DNA of 30,240 bases, from the IMG/VR virus record IMGVR_UViG_3300025653_000174, positions 1 through 30,240 of that record. One strand, 5' to 3'. The stretch comes from a virus (Duplodnaviria > Caudoviricetes). A program made the translations under genes and the position numbers. Shown piece by piece: positions 1-6,988 of the stretch (within the stretch, counting starts at the first letter, position 1; the number at the start of each line of letters is the position of its first letter). A model generated the notes under the pieces. That model was given only the letters and a program-made list of their open reading frames with translations. It was not told the DNA's origin and did no database searches.

Positions 1-413
1 GGTTTACTACAGCCCCTGAGATTGCACCTCCGATTAGCCGAAAGGTAGATCGTGATAGTAGTACTCTTGGCGTCCAGAGCTATGAGTTCCACCCCAAATC
101 TGAGACTGCAGAAGAGGTTGGTTGGGACACATTCTTTGAGCTGAATTGTGAGTGGCAGCGGCTCATGGATAGCACGGGAATGGCTCACGCAATTTCTATG
201 AATTGGTGGTCCGATATGACAACAATGGACCGCAAATTTATGTCACGATGGTTGAACTCCCCCTTGAAGAGTTTGTATTACTCTCTTCAAGTAATGTCCG
301 ATACGCAGGACAAAACTGACGCCTACGCTGCTATTAGCGACGTAGATGTTGATGCCTATCTTGCGGGCATTCTTGATGGGGATTCGGCACCTGATTGTAA
401 TTGCGCAGAATGA
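1..413 (+). CDS. nrdA: Ribonucleotide reductase alpha subunit, C-terminal part (5'-truncated by window), cyanopodovirus type
   Basis: Frame is open from nt 3 (FTTAPEIAPPISRKVDRDS...) through the 165..413 ORF. It contains the KSLYY tyrosine pair and a C-terminal Cys pair (DCNCAE). Its stop overlaps the next start (ATGA 410-413). Confidence 0.9.
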   Translation, partial: FTTAPEIAPPISRKVDRDSSTLGVQSYEFHPKSETAEEVGWDTFFELNCEWQRLMDSTGMAHAISMNWWSDMTTMDRKFMSRWLNSPLKSLYYSLQVMSDTQDKTDAYAAISDVDVDAYLAGILDGDSAPDCNCAE

Positions 414-1123
414 ACCCGTATCAGAAATTGCTTGCTCGTAAGCGGACTTGGACCCCAGTTCAAACGACCGCCGGTAAATTGAAAGAAGGGGCGGAGGAGG
501 CAATCTTCCGTGCCTTGGCACTTCGACAACTGGAGCTGCCTGTCGGTGAGTTCATCAACGACGCTTTACAGTCCGAGGTGCCGGAAACGGCTCGTGAACT
601 TCTACTCACCAACATCAAAGACGAGGAGAACCATGACCTTGCACTGGGATACGCAGCAAGTGCGGTCGGCACAGATAGCCAAGCAGAAGCGGAAGCAGCT
701 CGCCTCCGAAAAGCTTGGGAAGATCATCCGGACCACACCGTACTCAAAGCACTGGTGGCTGAGCGAAGCATATTCTTTGTTATCCTCCCCTTCTTCCGGT
801 TCAACGGTGACGCTGGACTGAGAACCATCTCTGCGGACATCAGCCGTGATGAACAAGTACACGTCGCTACCAATAGCTTGGTATGTCGTGAGCTTGGCCT
901 CACTGTTTCTCCTAGTTTGGATTGCCTCCGCAAGGCAACCATTAATTGGGTGATGCAGCCCCTGGGCAAGTCAGACGACAAGTACCTGGATAGGCAGTTC
1001 TGGATCGACCAGAGCGACAGCTTGATGTACGCAGGTAAAGCAGAGGGTCTCATCGAAACTCAAAGAGCTCGTATGCCAGCGTTTTTCGAGATGAGTAACT
1101 CTGATCTCCCAAGCTACGCTTGA
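410..1123 (+). CDS. nrdB: Ribonucleotide reductase beta subunit (ferritin-like dimetal-carboxylate)
   Basis: Metal-ligand pattern E(LPV)...DEENH...AER...DEQVH, directly coupled to the alpha subunit. ATG at 410 preferred over TTG at 401 because of the ATGA overlap. Confidence 0.85.
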   Translation: MNPYQKLLARKRTWTPVQTTAGKLKEGAEEAIFRALALRQLELPVGEFINDALQSEVPETARELLLTNIKDEENHDLALGYAASAVGTDSQAEAEAARLRKAWEDHPDHTVLKALVAERSIFFVILPFFRFNGDAGLRTISADISRDEQVHVATNSLVCRELGLTVSPSLDCLRKATINWVMQPLGKSDDKYLDRQFWIDQSDSLMYAGKAEGLIETQRARMPAFFEMSNSDLPSYA

Positions 1124-1143
1124 TATAAACCTCAAGTAGGGCT

Positions 1144-1710
1144 ATGGCGCTTTCCCAAGATCAGTTTTTTGAGCAGTATTTTCCGGGCACTGAATACGCT
1201 CAACAGGTTTCTCAGTATAGAAACGCCGTAATTATTGACGGCAATACTAGACGTAACCCTACTGATGGTGAAGTTGCCAGAATTGAAAGCCAAATGCGGG
1301 CTGCCGCTCGGGGTAGCTCAGGCTTTCAACAAGCTTGGGGTAATTATGAATCTCAGCAAAAGGCTGCCGCTGCAGCTGCTGCTCTTGAAGCTCAAAGACA
1401 AGAGCAAGCCAAAGTTCTTGCTGAAGCGCAGACGCAAGTAGAAGCAGCACAAAAAGCTGCAGGAATTGCAACTAAAAAGGCCGTTGCTGTTTCCGCTCAA
1501 AGCAGATCTCAAGCTCAGATTCAGCAATCTCAGCTAGAACAATCTCAAAGACAAACTGTTCAAGTAGCTAGAGCGCAACAACGAAGAACAGCAGGAGCCA
1601 CGGTAGGCCAGCCTGGTAGAACTAGAACTAGGGTTAGTTCCGGTCTTGGCATTGGTGGTTATGGTGGAACAGCCGCTGGTCGTGTTACTTCAACTGGCTT
1701 GAATATATGA
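1144..1710 (+). CDS. Gln/Ala-rich putative virion protein, T7 gp7.3-like C-terminus
   Basis: 188 aa with a helical Q/A-rich middle, then a basic patch and a Gly-rich tail ending GLNI, like the GGGINI end of T7 gp7.3. Lies upstream of the portal. Confidence 0.6.
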   Translation: MALSQDQFFEQYFPGTEYAQQVSQYRNAVIIDGNTRRNPTDGEVARIESQMRAAARGSSGFQQAWGNYESQQKAAAAAAALEAQRQEQAKVLAEAQTQVEAAQKAAGIATKKAVAVSAQSRSQAQIQQSQLEQSQRQTVQVARAQQRRTAGATVGQPGRTRTRVSSGLGIGGYGGTAAGRVTSTGLNI

Positions 1711-1880
1711 TTCCTTACATTGATCCTGAGATTATCAAATACTTGGAGGAACTTTATCCTGATAAGTCTCCCGACCTTAGTATGGAAGAGAAACTTATTT
1801 GGTTTTCTGCTGGTCAGGTGTCGGTTGTACGCCATTTGAAAGATCAGTACAACCTCCAGGAGGAAACAAAGTATGGCTAA
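1707..1880 (+). CDS. Small protein, possibly T7 gp6.5-like (57 aa, not in ORF track)
   Basis: Translated by hand: MIPYIDPEIIKYLEELYPDKSPDLSMEEKLIWFSAGQVSVVRHLKDQYNLQEETKYG. ATGA overlap with the upstream stop; it fills the gap exactly. Confidence 0.75.
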   Translation: MIPYIDPEIIKYLEELYPDKSPDLSMEEKLIWFSAGQVSVVRHLKDQYNLQEETKYG

Positions 1881-2397
1881 CGATTGGGCAAAACTTATAG
1901 TTGGTTTGGCTGCAGCTGGTGCTGGTGCTTACGCTGGTTACCAAATGTCAAAAACCAGCTCTGCTCAAGCAGAGCAAGCAAAAGCTGCTAGAGAAGCTGC
2001 AGCTCAACAAGCTCAACAAACTAGGGCTGCTGCTTTAGCTCAGGCTCAACAATTCCAAGCTGATGCAGCTCAGCGTCAACAGCAGTTTGAAGCGTCTATT
2101 GCTTTAGCTAAACAACAGACTACACAAGCAGCTGAAGCCGCAAAGATGGCACAAGAAAGTGCTATGCGGCAGATTGCTCAACAAAGAAGTTCTTCTGCTC
2201 TTGCCATTCAACAGCAGCAACTTCAAGCTGCCATTCAACGCCAGATGTCTTCTGCTCCTGTTGGCAGTAAAGTACGTCGTCGAGTTGGTACGCCGCAAGC
2301 AATGCGTACTAGTTTAGAGATACAATCTCCGTTTGCTGGGACCGGCGGAGGTCTTGGTATTGGAACAGAAACTTCAGCTGGTGGTTTGAATGTCTAA
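1873..2397 (+). CDS. Gln/Ala-rich putative virion protein, T7 gp7.3-like
   Basis: 174 aa with GGAGG upstream, a hydrophobic Gly/Ala N-terminus, a Q/A coil, a KVRRR patch and the ending GGLNV. Immediately before the portal, where gp7.3 sits in T7. Confidence 0.65.
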   Translation: MANDWAKLIVGLAAAGAGAYAGYQMSKTSSAQAEQAKAAREAAAQQAQQTRAAALAQAQQFQADAAQRQQQFEASIALAKQQTTQAAEAAKMAQESAMRQIAQQRSSSALAIQQQQLQAAIQRQMSSAPVGSKVRRRVGTPQAMRTSLEIQSPFAGTGGGLGIGTETSAGGLNV

Positions 2398-3982
2398 CGC
2401 TGCGGCTCGTTATTCGGCTCTTGAGCCGGAAAAGACTATTTATCTTGATCGTGCTATTGAGTGCAGTAAGTACACTCTGCCGACTCTTATTACCGATAAC
2501 GACCGTAGCAGCGGGAAGAATATCTACACCAAGATTGTTACTACCTACCAAGGCCTAGGAGCTCGTGGTGTAAATAACTTAGCAAGCAAACTTCTTATTG
2601 CTTTGCTTCCTCCTAACCAAGCTTTCTTTCGTCTTTCAGTAGACGATATGAAGCTCAAGCAGGAGCTTGATAACTATAAAGAACTTCAGTCGCAGTTTGA
2701 TCAGCAGCTGTCTTTGATGGAACGTTCCGTGATGCGGGACATTGAAGAGTCAGGTGATCGCACTGCACTGTTTGAAGCGCTGAAGCACCTTATCATCGGT
2801 GGCAACGCGCTTCTCTACGTTTCCGAAAATGGTACCAGGGTATATCCACTCAAATCGTTTGTACTTAATCGTGATCCTGAAGGAAACATCCTTGAGGTTG
2901 TGGTCCGTGAAGAAGTCAACCCTGAAGTTCTTCCAGAAGGTATTGCGCCTAAAAAGACTGAAGGCGGCTTTGTAGACAAAACTGTTTTCCTTTATACCCA
3001 CGTCAAATGGGATTACAAGAAGGATCGTTGTAACTGGCAACAAGAGGCGTACAACAAGCCTGTTGGTAAGCCTGGTTCTGTTCCTATTGATAAGAGCCCT
3101 TGGATTCCTCTTCGTATGTTCCGTGTGGCTCACGAAGCCTATGGACGTGGTTACTGCGAAGAACTACTCGGTGATCTGAAGAGCCTTGAGTACCTCAGCA
3201 AAGCAATCGTTGAAGGCAGTGCAGCAGCAGCCAAGATCATCTTCCTCTGCAACCCGAACGGCACGACTCGTCCTGACGCTCTTGCTCGGGCTGCCAATGG
3301 ATCAATTGTGGCAGGCAACCCAAATGACGTGGCTCCTCTGCAGATGCAGAAGCAAGCAGATCTCACGGTTGCTCTCAACACCATTGCACGGATCGAGCAG
3401 CGCCTGAGCTTTGCGTTCCTTCTTAACAGTGCCATTCAAGCTGGTGCTTCTGGTCGTGACCGTGTGACGGCTGAAGAGATCCGTATGGTGGCTCAGGAAC
3501 TGGAAGCAGGTCTTGGCGGTATTTACTCGATCCTTTCAATTGAGTTACAACTGCCTCTTGTGAACCGCAAGATGGCGATGATGGAGCGGCAAGGTCGTCT
3601 CCCTCGTCTTCCTAAGGATGTTGTCAAACCTCAGATCACTACCGGTCTTGACGCCCTCGGTCGTGGTAACGACAAAGCCAAACTCATTGAGTTTCTACAG
3701 ACCTTGGCCGGAACTCTGGGACCGGAAGCTATGGCAAAGTTTGTTAATAGCCGAGAGCTTATTACTCGTCTTGCTGCTTCTGACGGTCTTGATACGTACA
3801 AACTCATCAAGAGTGAGGAAGATCTTATGGCAGAAGAACAACAACAAGCTATGATGATGCAGCAACAAATGGCCGCGCAAGATCCTAACAACGATCCTGC
3901 TAAACAGGCCGCACTAGTTAAAGCTGAAAATGACTCAATCCGGACAGCCCAAGAAGCCACTGGCGGTGGAGCCGGTTTCTGA
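2390..3982 (+). CDS. Portal / head-to-tail connector (gp8-like)
   Basis: 530 aa with the T7-type portal motifs YQGLGARGVNNLASKL, YGRGYCEE, RVTAEEIR and TGLDALGRG. Confidence 0.97.
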   Translation: MSNAAARYSALEPEKTIYLDRAIECSKYTLPTLITDNDRSSGKNIYTKIVTTYQGLGARGVNNLASKLLIALLPPNQAFFRLSVDDMKLKQELDNYKELQSQFDQQLSLMERSVMRDIEESGDRTALFEALKHLIIGGNALLYVSENGTRVYPLKSFVLNRDPEGNILEVVVREEVNPEVLPEGIAPKKTEGGFVDKTVFLYTHVKWDYKKDRCNWQQEAYNKPVGKPGSVPIDKSPWIPLRMFRVAHEAYGRGYCEELLGDLKSLEYLSKAIVEGSAAAAKIIFLCNPNGTTRPDALARAANGSIVAGNPNDVAPLQMQKQADLTVALNTIARIEQRLSFAFLLNSAIQAGASGRDRVTAEEIRMVAQELEAGLGGIYSILSIELQLPLVNRKMAMMERQGRLPRLPKDVVKPQITTGLDALGRGNDKAKLIEFLQTLAGTLGPEAMAKFVNSRELITRLAASDGLDTYKLIKSEEDLMAEEQQQAMMMQQQMAAQDPNNDPAKQAALVKAENDSIRTAQEATGGGAGF

Positions 3983-4145
3983 AGTAAAGGAAGTTCCTAA
4001 AAAGGAAGCTCCTAAATCCAAAATGGATTTGCTCATTGAAGAACTGAAGGCTAAAAAGCCTGAGGTTTACGAACAGTACGTTGCTGCTGCTAAGGCAAAG
4101 CGTCCTGTTTGGGTTTATCCTGATCTGACCGTTCGTATTGGTTGA
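3930..4145 (+). CDS. Hypothetical small protein between portal and scaffold
   Basis: 71-aa ATG ORF with phage-like codon usage that fills the portal-scaffold gap; overlaps the portal end by 53 nt. Confidence 0.7.
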   Translation: MTQSGQPKKPLAVEPVSEVKEVPKKEAPKSKMDLLIEELKAKKPEVYEQYVAAAKAKRPVWVYPDLTVRIG

Positions 4146-4147
4146 TC

Positions 4148-4774
4148 ATGGAAGTCATCGCTGAGGGCGTACTGTCTCAGGAAACTGGACCGTACAGCGA
4201 GCAAGACCTTCAAGCTCTTCAAGAAGCTGAGCAACAAGAGCAACAGCAAGCTCAAGACGAACTGATCGGTGGCAAATTCAAAAGCCCTGATGACCTTCTG
4301 AAGGCTTATCAAGAGCTTGAGAAGAAGCTTGGTAATCGTTCTGGTTACGACGAAGCTCAAGATGAACAGGACGTAGAAGAACAGGATCAAGAACCTGTTG
4401 TTCTGTCTCAAGAAGAAGAGTCCACCATTATGGACAGTATTGGTGGTCAAGAAGCTTTTGAATCTGTTCAAAGCTGGGCTCGGGAAAACCTCGATGGTGC
4501 TGAGCTAGAGGCTTACAACCGCGAAGTAAATAGCGGTGATTACTACCGAGCTCGTAACGCACTGCAGTCTTTGTACTATGCGTTCCAGGAAAACTCTGGC
4601 TACGAGCCTGATCTGATTGGTGGGAAACTCTCTGGTAACAGCAGTGATGTGTTCCGTTCAAGCCAAGAAGTAATGGCTGCCATGAACGATCCTCGCTATT
4701 TGCAAGACCCTGCTTATACCCAAGACATCCAAGATAAACTGCTTCGCAGCGACGTTCTTGGTCCTAGGGGTTAA
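4148..4774 (+). CDS. Capsid assembly scaffolding protein (gp9-like)
   Basis: Acidic protein with GKFKSPDDLLKAYQELEKKLG and AMNDPRYxxDPAY motifs, directly before the MCP. ATG at 4148. Confidence 0.93.
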   Translation: MEVIAEGVLSQETGPYSEQDLQALQEAEQQEQQQAQDELIGGKFKSPDDLLKAYQELEKKLGNRSGYDEAQDEQDVEEQDQEPVVLSQEEESTIMDSIGGQEAFESVQSWARENLDGAELEAYNREVNSGDYYRARNALQSLYYAFQENSGYEPDLIGGKLSGNSSDVFRSSQEVMAAMNDPRYLQDPAYTQDIQDKLLRSDVLGPRG

Positions 4775-4795
4775 TATTTGAATAGCGAACGTAAA

Positions 4796-4826
4796 CATTG
4801 TTGCCGCCGAGGCGATAACAACAGTG
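4796..4826 (+). promoter_or_regulatory. Stem-loop in the leader of the major capsid gene
   Basis: CATTGTTG (4796-4803) pairs with CAACAGTG (4819-4826; one G-U); inner CGC-CGAG-GCG hairpin. Confidence 0.45.
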
Positions 4827-4867
4827 CGAAGCGAGCGCAGTTAAACATTCCTACCTACTAACTAACG

Positions 4868-6280
4868 ATGCCCGACTTTGCATCTCTTAGCCGGTTAGGT
4901 GGACTTAATGGCGTTCAATATAACGCTGGTTCCGCCTCCGGTAACTACGAGCGTGAAAACGCTAACTTCCTGAAAATCTTCTCTGGCGAAGTTCTGACCA
5001 CGTTCAACCGTGAGACGATCTTCAAAGATCTGACCATGAAGCGCAGCATCTCTTCTGGTAAGAGTGCTTCGTTCCCGATCACGGGTCGCTTCACTAGCCG
5101 CTACCACCGTCCTGGTGACTTCATCACCGGCCAAGGTAACAAAGGCATGATCGGCGAAAAGATCATCACCATCGATGACCTGCTGATCGCTGATGCTTCC
5201 ATCTACGACCTGGATGAAGCAAAACTTCATTGGGACGTGCGGAGCATCTACTCCACCGAACTGGGCCGCGCCCTGGCTCGTGCTTATGACCAGCGTCTGG
5301 CTCGCACCCTTCTGGCTGCTTCTGAGTCTGACGGTCGCGTTAAGGATTGGGAAGCCCGCAACTTCCAAATCGCTGGCGGTACTTTCGTCTCCGCTGCTTC
5401 CAACGTTGTCACCCTGAGCGCTAACTTCGCTACCGCTGAGCTCGGCTCTTGGGCTGTTGGTGAAGTTGTTTACGGTGAAGATTCCGGTGCTTACGGTGTG
5501 ATCACCACTGCTCCTACCAACGGTGCAGCAACCTTCGGCATCAACCCCCTGGGTTCGATTGGTACTGGTTCTTCGGCCACCTTCACTGTTGGCGAGCGCC
5601 TGTTCACTCTGAACAAAATGCCTGGTGGTACCTCCTTCTCTGGTATCGACCTGAACGCTGCAGCTGACCGTAACGCTCGTGGCGATCTGATCGTTGAGAA
5701 CCTGTTCAAAGCTTGCCAAGCTCTGGACGAGAAGGATGCTCCTAAGGAAGGCCGTACTTGCGTTCTGAGCCCTGGTGCTTACTACGACGTTCTGAACAGC
5801 GACCGTGCCATCAACACTGACTTCAACGGTGGCGGCGGTTCTAACGGCACCATCGGTGGCAACAAAGTTGCTTCTGTGGCTGGCTTCCGTCTGCTGACCA
5901 GCAACCACCTGGGTGTTAACAGCTATACCTCTGGTCAGTCCTACGTTGGTCTGAGCAACCAGTCTGCTGTTACCCGTGGTGAGCGTCCTAACTACGTCAA
6001 TGGCCGCGACGGCTCTGATGGTCAGGCTGCTGCTGGTACCTATGACTACTACCAGGATGAGCAGGGTAACACCTCCTCCATCGCCAACTGCTTCGGCCTC
6101 TGCTTCACCAAAGAAGCTGTGGGTACTGTGTCTCTGAAGGACGTCTCGATGCAGATGACTGGTTCTGAGTACAAAGCAATGACTCAGAGCACCATGATGG
6201 TTGCTAGCTATGCCGTGGGTCACGGTGTGCTGCGTCCTGAGTGCTGCGTCAGCCTGCTGCACGACGGCAACCCCTATTGA
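4868..6280 (+). CDS. Major capsid protein (gp10-like), enlarged
   Basis: Motifs FLKIFSGEVLTTF, RSISSGKSASFP, EKIITIDDLL, DVRSIYSTELGRALA and GHGVLRPE. Strong C/T third-position codon bias; 470 aa. Confidence 0.97.
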   Translation: MPDFASLSRLGGLNGVQYNAGSASGNYERENANFLKIFSGEVLTTFNRETIFKDLTMKRSISSGKSASFPITGRFTSRYHRPGDFITGQGNKGMIGEKIITIDDLLIADASIYDLDEAKLHWDVRSIYSTELGRALARAYDQRLARTLLAASESDGRVKDWEARNFQIAGGTFVSAASNVVTLSANFATAELGSWAVGEVVYGEDSGAYGVITTAPTNGAATFGINPLGSIGTGSSATFTVGERLFTLNKMPGGTSFSGIDLNAAADRNARGDLIVENLFKACQALDEKDAPKEGRTCVLSPGAYYDVLNSDRAINTDFNGGGGSNGTIGGNKVASVAGFRLLTSNHLGVNSYTSGQSYVGLSNQSAVTRGERPNYVNGRDGSDGQAAAGTYDYYQDEQGNTSSIANCFGLCFTKEAVGTVSLKDVSMQMTGSEYKAMTQSTMMVASYAVGHGVLRPECCVSLLHDGNPY

Positions 6281-6311
6281 TAAATAGGTTCTAGTTAATT
6301 ACCAATACAAT

Positions 6312-6340
6312 GGGGGAAGCAGAAATGTTTCCCCCTTTTT
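6312..6340 (+). terminator. Intrinsic terminator after the MCP (T-phi position)
   Basis: GGGGGAAGCA-GAAA-TGTTTCCCCC followed by TTTTT. Confidence 0.85.
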
Positions 6341-6349
6341 ATTGCGATA

Positions 6350-6988
6350 ATGGCAACCAGTAAACTCAGTGCAGTTAACACGCTTCTTGCCATTATTGGC
6401 GAAGCCCCGATCAACTCTCTTAATCCACCACTAACTGGTGACGCTAGTCTTGCTGAGCGCACCTTGGATGAAGTCAGCCGTGAGGTCCAAGGAGCAGGCT
6501 GGTCTTGGAACACGATGCTTTATGATTCCATTCCTCTGGACGCTTCTACAGGTCAATCCCAACTTCCTGGGAACACCTTGGCTGTTCGGTTTAACCCGCT
6601 TACCTATCCTTCACAAAGGTTTGTTCTTCGCGGTCTTAGGCTTTTTGATCGCGTTAAGAATACATACGATCTGAGAAGCAGCATTGGTGTAGCAACGACT
6701 GGTAACACCAGTGATCTTGTTGCTGAGATTATTGAAGAACTTCCTTGGGACAGCATTCCAGAAACTGGCCGTCGTTACATAATGATTCGTGCGGCACGGA
6801 TGTTTGCAAATCGTGCTGTGACCTCTGCCAGTATTGAAAGCTATACAGCTGAGGATGAGCAAAACGCTTTGCAAACGTTGAAGCGTACTGAAGACATGGC
6901 TCAGAACTATAACTTTATTAGCGGCCCTGACGATATGTACGGCGGTCGTGTGATTACTAATTTTGGTCCTGACATCCTGAGCCGCTAA
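6350..6988 (+). CDS. Tail tubular protein A (gp11-like)
   Basis: 212 aa with LSAVNTLLAIIGEAP, EVQGAGWSWNT and RRYIMIRAAR; position after the MCP. Confidence 0.95.
   Translation: MATSKLSAVNTLLAIIGEAPINSLNPPLTGDASLAERTLDEVSREVQGAGWSWNTMLYDSIPLDASTGQSQLPGNTLAVRFNPLTYPSQRFVLRGLRLFDRVKNTYDLRSSIGVATTGNTSDLVAEIIEELPWDSIPETGRRYIMIRAARMFANRAVTSASIESYTAEDEQNALQTLKRTEDMAQNYNFISGPDDMYGGRVITNFGPDILSR

Noticed and set aside
4895-6262. 455-aa antisense ORF spanning the capsid gene
   Set aside because: It is the in-register mirror of a strongly codon-biased gene that avoids TTA/CTA/TCA, so antisense stops are absent; there are no protein-like motifs.
6240-6300. T7-style 10A/10B frameshift extension
   Set aside because: No clear slippery heptamer; tandem stops, a terminator and gp11 follow within 70 nt.
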